From Podarcis pityusensis (taxonomy: Eukaryota), in assembly GCA_964106645.2 (NCBI GenBank), contig OZ067039.1: a stretch of DNA of 64,000 bases, one strand, 5' to 3'. The notes beneath the pieces are model-generated. The model ran no database searches. It was given only the letters and a program-made list of their open reading frames with translations, and was not told where the DNA came from. Each line of letters begins with the position of its first letter. Within the stretch, counting starts at the first letter, position 1. A program made the position numbers and the translations under genes. Below are positions 12,497-25,340 of this stretch, piece by piece.

Positions 12497-13589
12497 TAGT
12501 ATTAACTTAAATAGCTGTCTGAAACACAGGCAGTTATAAAACTTTCTCTTACAACTGTTTAGATATTTCTTTTTTTGGTCTTCAGGCTAAATACGTGTAC
12601 CCCATGTACAGATTTTCATATTTTTATTGATTCTAGGATAGTTGTTTCTGTTTTCTTGCACTGAAGACAGGGGAGATGTTGAACGTAATCAAGGCAGGCA
12701 CATTCTGATTTTTGAGACAGTCTTTAACATCTGCTCATATTTGCTGTGTAGCAATATTTGCAGAAAATAACTTCTAGGGCCTACCTGATCTCAAACCTAT
12801 CATAGGGAAGATCTATCCTGGTGGCTAGGTGAAAAGGAATGGCAAACTACAGAGATTCCAGGGAAAGTGCATTCAAAAGGAAGAGAATACAGCAGGTCTT
12901 TAGGAGCAGGAGCCCTGTGATTCATGTTGCCTGGTATCCAAACAACTCATTTATCACTGACTTCACTCAATTGTTAAAATATCTGAGAAACAGGAGCAGC
13001 CAGATTGGCTTATTTCACAGAAATTGCTATGAATACCTGCACATTTTGGTTTATAAATTTCTTTCTTGGAGTGCTAGACACTTTTTAAAAAAATCAAATG
13101 AAAGTTTATAGTTTAGGGCCTCTGGCTAGAGCACCAGTGTGGGTACCAGGTTGACAGTTCCCAATCTAAATGGACTGCTGATCTGATCCAGTAAAATCAG
13201 TTGATATGTTTTGTTTGATAACTAAATAAAGAATGCACAGAATACTGAGCAAATGTATGCTTGCTTCCCCTAAAAGCAGGGGCACTGCTAAGTACTTAAA
13301 GGATTCAGGAACAGGCTTACAACACAGATTTGCAAATGAAGATAGTGGATGGCTGTGATCCTATGGGCACTGCACTTTGCATTGAGCCTAGCTGCCATGT
13401 AAAGAAAGTAAAAAAATAAAAAGGTAGAAAAGGGCAGGAATCCTGAGGCCTGCCACATACAACAGTGCCCCTGCTTAATAGATAAAGTGGTTTACTTGTG
13501 CAAATTATTTTACTGCAATGGGTTGGTACAGCTTGTTTTCCAAATTACAAATCTATATTAATTCACTCATTTTTTAAATTAAATTTCAG

Positions 13590-13637
13590 CGTTGTGTGGT
13601 ACTACGTTTTTTGAAGTTTCCTCCAAATCGAGACAAG
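13590..13637 (+). CDS. IPPK: IPPK exon 2 (RCVVLRFLKFPPNRDK)
   Basis: tttcag acceptor, AAG|GTGAGA donor, 48 nt, phase 0-0. Confidence 0.96.
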
Positions 13638-14677
13638 GTGAGACCATTATCATTTGTTATTCCCTTTTATCCTTCTTGTTTCCCACCAAAGAAATTTCAG
13701 CTAGTTCTATTTAAAAAGGAGAATTAATTTTCATTCCCACTTTCTGTGAGCTCAAGGAGGCCTCAGCATTATTTTTTTTAAAAACCAACAGCAGCTTGAT
13801 TAAAACATTATCTGAGATCTGAGGATTTGCAATCCTTTGATTAGCTGGGCTTTTAACCAATTAGTAGATTGAGATATTGCCAGATCTTGATAAACGTGCT
13901 TTTGATGATCTTCAGTGAAAAGCACTGTAGAATAGTAACTATTCTTATGAATTATTTCATTGTAATAAGCAAAAATGGCTCCAGTAGAAGAAACAAAGTC
14001 AATGCATATTAGTATTGCAGAAGACTTGGGATTTTAGAACACAGTTTGATAATTGGTTAGATCCCCCTGTGGAGAAGTGTCTTTGCTAACCGGATTTTGA
14101 AAATCAAGTTTTGCATATGGGAGCAGTAGTAGAAAAACTTGCTGCTTATAATGGCTTGATTCTCATGTCACATTAACCCATAGTTTAAAAATATGGTTTG
14201 ATATGAACATGCAGCATGCTGTTTTATGTTGTAAACCTCCCTATGATCTTTGGATGAGGGGTGGTATATAAATTTAATAAATAATGCTTGAGCACACTGC
14301 TAAAAAGCCGTCATTGTGCCTTTCTCCCACTTCTGCTATTGCCACTCCACAGGGACACAAGCCAGTATATGGCTTGTCGTGACAAAGGCCTGGCCGAAGG
14401 CCTGGCCCGGCTGCAGCTTGCCTCTCTGCAGCTGCAGGAGCTCAGCCACATGGCATTGATGAGTGGGCCTGTAGTGAGGACACCTGGTTGCGCCCCTTCA
14501 GAATTTTGTGCCCAGAGCAATTGCCCCTATGGCCTTGCCACACCACTGCGTACAGCAAGAAGATTTAAGCAACGTGTCACTTCTATTTAAATTCATTCTT
14601 ACTAATATGACATGTGAGCCAGACCATTTTGTTTGGTAGCTTATGGTGGGTGTTGTGAACTTTGCAAATTTAAAGTA

Positions 14678-14897
14678 CAGTGGTAGCTCGGGTTACATAC
14701 GCTTCAGGTTACAGACTCTGCTAACCCAGAAATAGTACCTCGGGTTAAGAATTTTGCTTCAGGATGAGAACAGAAATTGTGCTCTGGCGCCGTGGTGGCA
14801 GCGGGAAGCCCCATTAGCTAAAGTGGTGCTTCAGGTTAAGAACAGTTTCAGGTTAAGAACAGACCTCCGGAACGAATTAAGTTCTTAACCCGAGGTA
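14678..14897. mobile_element. Mariner/Tigger-like MITE, one end truncated
   Basis: TA-CAGTGGTAGCTCGGGTTA start; inverted copy of the 18506 and 53274 elements. Confidence 0.85.
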
Positions 14898-14992
14898 ATC
14901 TTTTTCAGATGTTGTTTCTAAGTGGATTTAACTGTTATCTAGTAATGATGCATAATCTGTGTTTCAACAGCAATTTATAATTTGTTTTTTAG

Positions 14993-15088
14993 ACACCAGA
15001 AGAAATCTTTCAACATCTTCAGAACATAGTATACTTTGGCAAACATATAATGAAGCAGTTTTTTGGGGAGAAGTATGTTCACCATGGG
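14993..15088 (+). CDS. IPPK: IPPK exon 3 (TPEEIFQHLQNIVYFGKHIMKQFFGEKYVHHG)
   Basis: ttttttag acceptor, GGG|GTAACT donor, 96 nt. Confidence 0.96.
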
Positions 15089-16485
15089 GTAACTATTATT
15101 TCTTGTTTCATTTAGTGTTTTTCCTACTGTTGTGTTTTTGTTAACATCTGTAGCCAAGCTGGTTGGTTTGGTTTTTGTATGAAGGAACATTGCATTAAAT
15201 CTCCATATTTAACCTGCTTTTAGATTGCTCATATAGAACATAGAGCAGTGGACAAAATGTCTATTATGTATCTCTAGGATTAGTTGTGCTCACCTTTGCA
15301 GCATAGACTGAGCTGTAGAGTAGCAACAGGAGTGTGTGGGTTTCCTGCGACTCTATTGACTGTTCAATCTTAATTCTGCTACTAAAATTTTAAAATACCC
15401 CAATTCTGATAGGTTATCCTTCAGTTGAGTGAGGAATGCAGTAAACATTTATTCCTTTTTTTAAAAAAAAGGTCTTAAAATGTTTATGTGAAAAGAATCT
15501 CTGAAGAAAAATGTAACTTGTATACTACTTCCTTATGAAAATGTAAACTGTTGCATATGAAAGAATCCCAAAGCTCTATATTTGAAGGAAAAGAGGACCC
15601 CCCCCGATTAGCATGATGCTACCTTTATATCAGACTACTGTTTCTTCCAAGGAGAACTCTTCTCTGATGTGTATGTTCTTAATGTCTTTAATTTTTTTGT
15701 ATTGTCTGATTCCCTGGGCTCCTTTTATGAAAAAGGGCAGGATGAATGGATAGTTACAAAGCTGACCTATCAGAAAAACTGCCCTACTCTTACAGGGCCA
15801 TTTTCTGTGCTTCATTATCAATTGATCAAAAAATTTAAAACTGTTCTGGTTGATTGCTACTTAGATATAAAAGAGAAAATACTACTTAAATATTTAAATA
15901 TACTACTTAAATATTAAATATTCAGCAGTAACCTGAATATTCCTAAGAAGTGCATATTGCTTAAGATTGGAGTCTCCTTTGAGTTCAGTGGAAAGCCTAA
16001 TCAGCCTTGTCTCTTCAAGGAAAGGTGATGGAGCGCTGGGGACTTTCCACTTAATTTATTCTCCTGAATTCCAGCTGGAGTGTTTAATGCTAATGATTAA
16101 TGACTTAAGGGCTGTTTGCTCCTGACTGATAAACTTAAAATGTGAAGACATTTTTTCAGTCACTGCTGTGGCTACAGAAGTGCTTAGGAGCTTAGCACAT
16201 AGTGACAAATGGGATGAACTGTTAATGTAAATATGAGTACTTCTTACTAGGAATGTGACATAACTTGAACACCGGTTTTTCCCATTTGTCACAATTACGG
16301 TTTTATAAGAAGAGTTGGGCAAGATTGCCAGACAAAACTATTTTTCCCCACCAAAGGAATGTCATGTAAATTTTTGTCTTTTTTTATTCCACCTTTCCAC
16401 CTAAAGGATCCTCAAAGTGACTCTGTTTCAAGTCAGTGCTCTTTCACAATTCATTGTGTAAAATAATGTTTCCTTTTTTCTTTAG

Positions 16486-16552
16486 GAAGTTGTGCAGCTG
16501 TCTTTGGACTTTCTGAAACAGCTTTGTTTAAAGATCCAGTCAGAGAGGCCAG
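16486..16552 (+). CDS. IPPK: IPPK exon 4 (EVVQLSLDFLKQLCLKIQSERP)
   Basis: polypyrimidine-tttag acceptor, CAG|GTAAGG donor, 67 nt. Confidence 0.96.
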
Positions 16553-18505
16553 GTAAGGAATTAAAATAATGGCATGACTACTTGCACAAAATATGGAATG
16601 TGCCTTATCTGAAATCTGCTTTAAAAAAAATACAGAATTGCAAAATGTGTCACACACGTTAATCAGTATTGGAAATGCTTTCTTGGTTGCCTTAGAGAAT
16701 TGAATTGCCTCTCAAGTGAGCAGGCAAGAGAGCCATGTGTGCACCCTCTGCAATTTTGGGGTTGGTGTGTGAGAGTTTTTACTTTTCCCATTTCCTGGAA
16801 GGCAAAATGGGGCTGTTATGTGTCCTTATTTCTGGAGGCAGAGTATAGGGGTTGCTTTTCTGAACACCCTCCCTCCTTGGAGACAGAGAAACATCTTTGT
16901 GCACTGCTCCAGAATGGAGCACCAGAATTCTGAAGACTACTGCTGACTGTGAGTCTCTTTCCTGGAAGGGAAGGGTGAGGAGAAAATGTCACACGCTGAC
17001 TCCAAAAGTGAGACATTTTCTGGCTAGATCGATTCCTCCAGTATGTGAGCTCTTTGTTTTCATTTGAGTCTTTCTTATGCACCTGGGGCATAAATGAAAT
17101 TTGGATGGATTCTGCCCACCTGATTCTCTTATTGTCTACTAGTTTCATCTTGTCCAAGGATTTTTGTTAGGGGGCAAAACAGCTGTCCCCCCCCCCCGAA
17201 TAACCCTACAAAAATGATTTTTCCCCTTCTGTGAAATTAATAAAGGTAGGTGCTGCCCTTAATTACCTCTGTCTACAGATGCATCTAAGTTAAGCATTGC
17301 CTGAATAATTCCCTGTATGCATTGCCTCTCTCCATCCATACCTCCCATGGAATGTTTGTGGAGTTGAGTTTCTGTTTGGTAGCAGGTGGGCACTAGTACT
17401 TTTCTAAAGGAGTGTTTCAGTTATGGTGTATGTTTGCATTTGAATCGAATTGTTTGGCAGTGAAGCTTGTGCAGGTTAATAGTTTAAGGTGGTGTTTCTG
17501 AAAAGTTAGCCAGGCCCATGCAAACATGTTATATCACCAAGATGATAAAGAATATAACCCCTCTTTCAAAATAAACTTGCCCTAAAATAAACTTGTCCTC
17601 ATTAGGGATAAAAAATAGTACAATGGCCTATTGTTTTGGTAAAGCTGGCGCATTTGTATTTGGATGCAAAATGATACACAACCCGAGGCCTTGCTAAGAG
17701 GGAGAAAATTTGCTTAATATTTGAATGGTGGGTCACTTAGTCCTGGTGAAATTCCAGTTCCTGTGATTAATGGAGCCTAATTTATTTGTGCATATAATCC
17801 TGGTGGATGAATTATTCACTTCTCTTCTTAGATTTAACAATATTGTGCAGTGTTGCTGGCTCAGATAAATTCCGTTCTAGGTGTCACACCTGTTAAATTA
17901 GCCATTTTCTGCAGCATGGTGCAGATTCTTCTGTCAGGTCAGGTCAGGTAAATTTACAGGCTTGCATTTCTCAAGCAGCTACTTCACAACCAGTGCATAA
18001 AATCACAGTGGTTTTTCTGTAATATAGTTCATGCATATAGTTTTGGCAAACCAAATTCTCTAACTTTGGGAAGCATTTGCAAAAGGAAAGTTAAAACTAT
18101 GCATGTCAAATGTTATAAAACACTCTGGCTAGAAAATAGCTTATGCTCTATTTATAACTGCACTTGACTGAACTTTTCTCTGGCATTTATGTTGCTTTGG
18201 AGAAGGGACACAAAACAAAGTTATTGACCTCTTGTAGTAAACTTCATGGAGGCTTTTGACAGAATAATGTTGCCTGCAATTTTATTCTACCCTTCCTTCC
18301 TCCAAAGAACTCAGAGCAGCACTTGTAGCCTCAACAATTACTCTGAGGTAGGTTAAAGCTGTTTGTGCCTCATAGTCAGCAGGGACTTAATGTGGGTTTC
18401 CCATGTTGAAGCCCAGAAGCTTAGCCATGGTACCACATTGATTCTTTGGTCAGTTTAAAAGACTTGCTGAACTGCCTCTGGCCTTACTGTCCTGTAGTTA
18501 ATGTA

Positions 18506-18727
18506 CAGTGGTACCTCGGGTTAAGTACTTAATTCGCTCCAGAGGTCTGTTCTTAACCTGAAGCACCACTTTAGCTAATGGGGCCTCCTGCTGCCGCGCC
18601 GCTGGAGCACGATTTCTGTTCTCATCCTGAAGCAAAGTTCTTAACCTGAGGTACTATTTCTGGGTTAGCGGAGTGTGTAACCTGAAGCGTATGTAACCTG
18701 AAGCATATGTAACCCAAGGTACCACTG
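18506..18727. mobile_element. Mariner/Tigger-like MITE
   Basis: TIRs CAGTGGTACCTCGGGTTA / TAACCCAAGGTACCACTG with TA TSD. Confidence 0.9.
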
Positions 18728-19999
18728 TAGTTCTTTCTAAGTAGTAGTTGCTTTTGCAGCGTCTTGTACAAAGATGTTAATAGATTATGCTTTTAGTCTA
18801 AAGATTGTATATAATTCTGGACTTCAAAGAGATCTTTCTGTGTTTATGGAAAATTTTACAAAATAGTTTCCAGTTGTGCGAATAACTTAATGGAAGTCCT
18901 GTTTTATTAGTGCGTAGCTGGTAAAAATCAGAACCTCTTAGATACTGTATGATGCAAACATTTGTAGTAAGTGTAATCACACTAGCTAAGTGCTTTGAAA
19001 ATGCAGGGTTTGCTGGACCACTTAAGCAATGGAACCATGCCTCCAGATTGTTGGTCCTGCTTCACACACATGACTTCCTCTCTGGAATAAAGCCACAAAA
19101 TACAGTTTGTCCTTGCATTTGAAGTGTCCTGCTAGCTTACTGTGGCTGTCAAGTTGTCTGTGCACAACAGCATTGGTGCTACATCATGCTTGATGTAGCA
19201 GTTCTTTTTGCCTGAATGACTGTGGCACCTTGTGTCTCCCACTACATGTTTATGGGGTCTGCCTTTCTTGCACTTACTTCAGGAGACATGAGTAAAGAGT
19301 GATACTTAATTTTGCTTCTGAAGAAGATGGGATTAGGAGAGAATGGCCTTTTCTAAAAGTTTTTTTGATGCCTGCTAGACGGGCAGACTGTTATGTATTA
19401 AAGAGGCAGGTTGTTTGGGTGAAATGCAAAGTGTTCTTGCTCTTATATAGGTGAAAACATGCTTGGAGATCCCTTTTACTCAAGTTTTTGAATGTTTGGC
19501 TTGACTGTGCTGGTTCACAAAAGCCACATCAAAGGTGTTTTCTGCTTAAACTCTGAAACATTTGGTGTAGTTCTTCTATTGGTCGGTTTTATTACATTTA
19601 TAGGGACACTTCCTTTGAAGTCCAGAGTAGCTTACACTTGGGCTCTAAGGTAGCTTCACAGCCAAGTACTGACTAGACTTTTAAGTCACGCTTATGTTAA
19701 GCAGTGGAACAACATTGTGTGATTTCAGTATATTCACGAAGGTAAATGAAGCAGGAGTATCTCCTGCATGCAGGCGAAGCAGTGTAATGTGGGTTCCTGT
19801 CTGTTTTCTTTTTACTTATCGCATTTCATGATGGATACAGATGCGGGAGAGACTATTTCTGGAAAACTCTTCTACAGTGTAATGTAAGACAACATTTCCT
19901 CTTAAAGGTGGTAAACTGATGGCTGTGAGTTTATTTGTATTGCCCATAACACTTCAGCACTGAACATGGATGCAAACAGTTATTTCTTTTTATCCACAG

Positions 20000-20112
20000 A
20001 GTCTCGCTGTGATAAAGACATGGATGCTCTTAGTGGTTATGCTATGTGCCTTCCTAACCTTACTAGGCTACATGTTGTTGAACATCGACCAATACTTTGT
20101 GTAGAGATTAAG
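20000..20112 (+). CDS. IPPK: IPPK exon 5 (ESRCDKDMDALSGYAMCLPNLTRLHVVEHRPILCVEIK)
   Basis: ccacag acceptor, AAG|GTGAGT donor, 113 nt, phase 1-0. Confidence 0.97.
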
Positions 20113-21074
20113 GTGAGTCTGTCAGGATTTTAAAAGCAAAAATAAACAAACAAACAAAAAACCCTCAACTTTGAACAGCCCCATTCGCCTGGCAGCTGGT
20201 CTGTCAAGAAAAATGTGTCTCATTTTAAATTATTGGAGCCAAGGCCTGTTCTTGTATACTCACTTTGTGTTTAGTAATAACTAGTTGCTGAGAGTATGAG
20301 CCCCTGTTTCTTTGGTCTTGCCACCCCTTCAACTCCCTGTGGAGCTATTTTACTGGAAATTATGGGCCCCAAAGTACTTTGAATTTGAACAGTCTGAATT
20401 CTGTGTCACCGTTAGAGGTACAGTGAAGACGTGATTTGATATAATAGGTGAAACGTTTTATGCCAGCCAGTTGTTTAACTTTGTATAAACATTTGAACCT
20501 GTAGAATTAGAAGCTTAGAGCAATAATAATAATAATAAATAATACAGACTGTTTTCCCTCATGCTGAGAGTTGCTCTTGTCACAAAGGAGATAGGAACAG
20601 ACAACAGGACTACAGAGAATGATTTTGTATTTCTATTTGATAATACAAAAGACATGTATAAATGACCTCTTCTCATTTATGCAAATTTAAATTATTTACA
20701 AACCTGAAAACTGAACAGTTAACACATAACTCTTTCTAAAAACTACCAGTTATGCGTTGGATTGGTTAAATGTTAGCTTAACTGAGATGTTTTATAGGTA
20801 TTGAGGGAGATATTGCTTTGGGATGTATCAGAAATCATTAAGGTAGCCCTTCTCTATATTAATCAGAGAGCATGAAGAGAGATAATCCTGATGTTCACAT
20901 GTATCTGGGGTGATGCAAATATATACACTTCTACCAAAACTTATTTATGGAGAAAGGCTAGATCCAGAGACAAAGACACTTCAAATGTCATTTTAGACCC
21001 CCTCGCCCAAATAGTGCCTTTTAAATACAAAGTGTGCTAATAATTTTAATATATTTAAATATTTATTCTTGCAG

Positions 21075-21164
21075 CCCAAATGTGGCTTCCTCCCTTTCTC
21101 CAGTCATGTTTCACAGGAAATAAAGCACAAAGTATGTCGTTACTGCATGCATCAACATCTAAAG
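21075..21164 (+). CDS. IPPK: IPPK exon 6 (PKCGFLPFSSHVSQEIKHKVCRYCMHQHLK)
   Basis: ttgcag acceptor, AAG|GTAATG donor, 90 nt. Confidence 0.97.
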
Positions 21165-21406
21165 GTAATGTCTTATCTACAAGATATTCCCCCCCCTTTG
21201 GTTAGTAAAATGATAGAACTAACATTCCATCTTGGGTACAGTCCACCAAACAAGAACTATTGAAATTGTGCCTATTGCTTGCTTTACTGAAACATATTTT
21301 AAGGAGATTAGTACTTGCATATAATTTTGTTTTCTCTAAGGAATAAATAAAGTACCATTCTTAGTTGAGCATTTTTGGGTGTAATTTGTAATTGAGAACT
21401 GGGATG

Positions 21407-21540
21407 CCTCAGAGCATGAGACTCTTAATCTCAGGGTTGTGGGTTCAGGTCCCATGTTGGGTGAGATTCCTGCATTGCACTGGATTGGACTAGATTACCC
21501 TTGTGGCATCTTCCAACTCTACACTTCTATGATTCTGTGA
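21407..21540 (+). mobile_element. tRNA(Lys)-like SINE with CR1-type 3' tail
   Basis: GAGCATGAGACTCTTAATCTCAGGGTTGTGGGTTCAGGTCCC head; TTCCAACTCTACACTTCTATGATTCT tail. Confidence 0.75.
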
Positions 21541-21987
21541 ATGCCTTTATGATAAAAAAATATGAAAAAACTCATTTAACCCACTGTGTCTTCATCAAAA
21601 AGCATTAGTGTAACTTCTTATGTTCCTTGACATATTGTTTTCATTGAGAAACATATAGATTTATGTGGAGGAGAATTTCCACATCACCATAGACCTTTCT
21701 GCACTTGCAAAAATTCTCTACATTACAGTGAAACTAGAGACGAAATGCTTTTGTTAGAGAAAACAAAAGACAAGTAACTGCTAGATGATCAAATCTTAAC
21801 ATTTAACAGGTGATGTTATATGACAAATAACATGTGGACACCACTGAAGTTTAAATTGCATGAGCTACTTGTATATTTGAGATCCTAAAGGTTCTACGGG
21901 TGTAATGCTTGTTGCAGATGTTTTCTAGAAAATGTGACTACATAGTTGGGATCTCCCCTTGTACTCATAAATAATGTGTTTTAACAG

Positions 21988-22046
21988 GTAGCAAAAGGAA
22001 AGTGGAAACGGCAAAGTAAATATTGTCCTCTGGATCTCTTCTCAGG
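21988..22046 (+). CDS. IPPK: IPPK exon 7 (VAKGKWKRQSKYCPLDLFSG)
   Basis: taacag acceptor, AGG|GTGAGA donor, 59 nt. Confidence 0.96.
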
Positions 22047-22528
22047 GTGAGAGCTGTTACGTTTTTATGAATGCTTTGTGTTAGGTTTGTATCACTACCA
22101 TTAATACTTCTTATTTACTGTTACTTAATTTATTTATTTTTAAATTTCTGTATTGCTTTGTATTTTTAATAAAAATCTTTTCAATTTTGTGTAGGGTCAG
22201 GTGCTATAGGTGCTGAATGAAAGGCAAGGACAGTATTCCTAGCTTGAGAATCTTCTCTGTTAGAGAAAAAAGGATGGGTTCTGGTGGAGATATCAAAGGG
22301 GCAAGTAATGTGGCAATGGCAGTTACGGGCAAGTGTAAATGTGGCTTCAGAAAGACCTTGCTGAAGAAGGAGGTCTTGAAGATGGTGCCCAAGCATTAGA
22401 GGCAGGTTTCTTGAGAATAAAGGTTAGGAAGGAAATATTGAGTACAGATTAGAGGCAGCAAGAGTGTTTTAGTGTTTGCCTGGTCACATTTCTTCATTTT
22501 AAATAGTCCAATGTGGTTTTCCTTTTAG

Positions 22529-22601
22529 AAATAAACAGCGAATGCACTTTGCCTTGAGAAGTCTGCTACAGGAAGCACAGAATAACTTAAAAATATTTAA
22601 G
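22529..22601 (+). CDS. IPPK: IPPK exon 8 (NKQRMHFALRSLLQEAQNNLKIFK)
   Basis: cttttag acceptor, AAG|GTAAGG donor, 73 nt. Confidence 0.97.
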
Positions 22602-25060
22602 GTAAGGTGCACTGGAAATTGCAATAAGTTTTTGTTCTTCACCATGTCTGTTGCCCCTTGTTAGTATGCTTTACTGTGTGACCAGCTGCTAGTCCCACAA
22701 ACTGAAATACAACAAGGTCAGTCTTTACTGGATAAAAATTGGATACATATTGATGCATATAGAAACAAAGTTATTTATTTCATTTCCTAAAATAAAAAAA
22801 TCTGTAGAGATAGGCAAGGAAATGGAGGAAGTGCAAATATGGTTATGTAAAGTTGAATTGAAGTGTGAAACTACTGCCTGTTGCTGTCAAAGAGGACATA
22901 GAGGCTTATTTTTTATCTTAGTACTAAGTACCACAGTACCAATATTTGCAATGTCAGCTACAAAGATCATATGATGAGAAAGATCTGTTATCATATGACT
23001 TCCGGTGGCTGACATGTTGGTGTGTTTTACTCAAAATGATCTTATTAGCCAAATTCAAAGGCCTGGTGGGATTAATTAGACCTGAGGGCTAAAGGTTCTC
23101 CTGCTGTACTAAGCCATAGTTTAGCATTTGGCTTGCACACTTTTGAGATGTGCTACAAGGAGATGTTTGGAAGTGTTTACTTCTTGTTTAGATTGACTGC
23201 AACTTGCCATGTCTAAACATGGTGCAACTGGCTTAATCTTTCCTATAGTTGGCTAAAATGAGCCTGCTTCAAACCATGTTTTATAAAGCTGCTTTATTTC
23301 AGTTAACCATTGTCAAGATTAACTACATTTTAGGGTTCAGGCAACTTGTAAACTGGTTAATATAAAATGAAAGAACTTGGTGATTTCATGACTGAATAGC
23401 TGTGCAGTGTGATCCCAAGGGTTGCTCACTCAGCCTTATTATTGCAGTGCCAGCTATAGATAAGCATTGCATCTCAGCACAACCACTGACTGTCCTCCCG
23501 AGTCTCCTCGGTTTATGTGATGGTTCTTTTGGTGAATCCTACCACAACAGAGACCATGGGAGGAATTCAATGTCATAATCTTCTGATTGTTCTGTCAGTG
23601 CAAGCATTTCAGCTAGCCAGATGAAATGGTTCTCCATCTCCCCCACCCTGCATACTGTTCTGGGGGTTATCCCAACCTCCAGAGCCAATTTTTTTTGGGG
23701 GGGGGGATGTACTGGGGAGGAGAGGGTAAACACCCATTGTGTAAGCGTATGTCCTCATTAGGTGTATCCCGCCTGCTTTCTCATTTTTTAGCCCTGTATT
23801 AGCCAAATTCAACAGGATCTTTCCTTCCTAGTGGCATTCAGATAAGGTGTGTGGTGAACATAAGGAATTGTTCTATAAAGGAAGTCTTTATCTAGCACTT
23901 AATCTCATTATAAACCAAAATAGCAAACTTGACTAGTTGTACACCAGTACATGGCTGTACATACTCTGTGTTTTAAAAGTGCAGAGTCTGCTCCATGAAA
24001 AGCTTAATTCTAGAAACTATAAAAGTTCATAAGCAAATGTTTGTGTTTTGCATTACTTGTTCCACTTTAAACTGAAATAGTGAGAATTCTGAAATCTGCA
24101 CCTGCATGGCACAGTTGTAGATTAATGGCATACATGAGCCCTGTCTCCCTCTGCTGACTGTCTTTAGTTTTTGATGGTACTGTTAGTAATTTGATCTGTT
24201 CAGTGGTGAGCCTGTATGTTAGCACAATGATCAAATAATGTTTTGAACAAACCTTGCCTTTATTAATTTGTTAATATGCTTTGTACCGATTTATCAGATA
24301 ATTCTGAAGAAAGCAAAACGAGAGGAAAAAGACTTGCTTGCTAAATATACATGGCTAAACTAATTCACTGAAGTCAGTGGGTGTCTTTCTATCTAATTTG
24401 TTTTTAAGTTGTGTTCTGTGTCAATAACTTTTTTTGTTTATCTTTTTTCCTGTCAGAGGCTAAGCTTCTTCCTCATGACTTATAATTAGTAGTATCCCAC
24501 TTAGCAGTTGAATAAGCTCCTTGTTTTAACTTAGGTCTGTATTTTGGCCTTCTTCCAGAGAGCTGAGGCTGGAACTATGCTTGGCAGTAGTTCTAGGTCT
24601 GAGAAACCAGGTTGCTGCTTAGCTCTTGAAAAAGTGGCAGTGGAGACTGAAATTTGGAAGAGGAAAGCAGCAGCATGGCTTCTTAATCTCTAGCTAAGGT
24701 TTGCAGATGTGTTTGCCCCTTCCTTTGCCTGCTGCTTTCCCTTGCCAAATCACACCTTTCTCCTGCCGCACTTCAATCTGGCTACCCAGATTGTTCCCAG
24801 ACTTGATCTGCTGCTGTACATTTAGTTCACAACCTGACAATATCTCTGTGAGGTAGGAGAAGTGTCCCCTTATGCAAGGTTATTTAGTGTGCTTCACAGC
24901 TGAGCAGGAATCAGTCCTTAGCTTCCCACTTTGAAACCTAGTTTTCCAAGCCACAAAAGCACAGGACATACAAGCATGCAGTGTCTGTTACTCCATACAT
25001 TTTGCTAATATGAAAAAATAAAATTTTAGATGTATGACTTCTTGTTCCTTCCTGTTACAG

Positions 25061-25340
25061 AATGGTGAGCTAATTTATGGTTGTAAAGATAATGAGGACG
25101 CTCTCTCTGATTTGAATGAACTTACTTGCCACCTGAAGCCTTTTTTCTTTCCTTCAAATGGCCTGGTCAATGGAACTCATTGTACACGGACAGTTCTGAA
25201 AGAATTAATCCATGTAATAACAATGGCACTACTGAGTAGCACAGATGCCTGCAAAGCAGGTGATATGAAGACAGTTCCCTCCTCACAAGGAAGGAGTTTC
25301 TGTGAAGCTAGTGCTTTCAGTAAAGAAATAGCAAGAAATG
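25061..25340 (+). CDS. IPPK: IPPK exon 9 (NGELIYGCKD...FCEASAFSKEIARNG)
   Basis: ttacag acceptor, ATG|GTAAGC donor, 280 nt; lies within track ORF 25034..25441. Confidence 0.97.

Noticed and set aside
21407-21470. tRNA-Lys-like sequence
   Set aside because: Truncated and fused to a CR1-type tail; a SINE head, not a tRNA gene.
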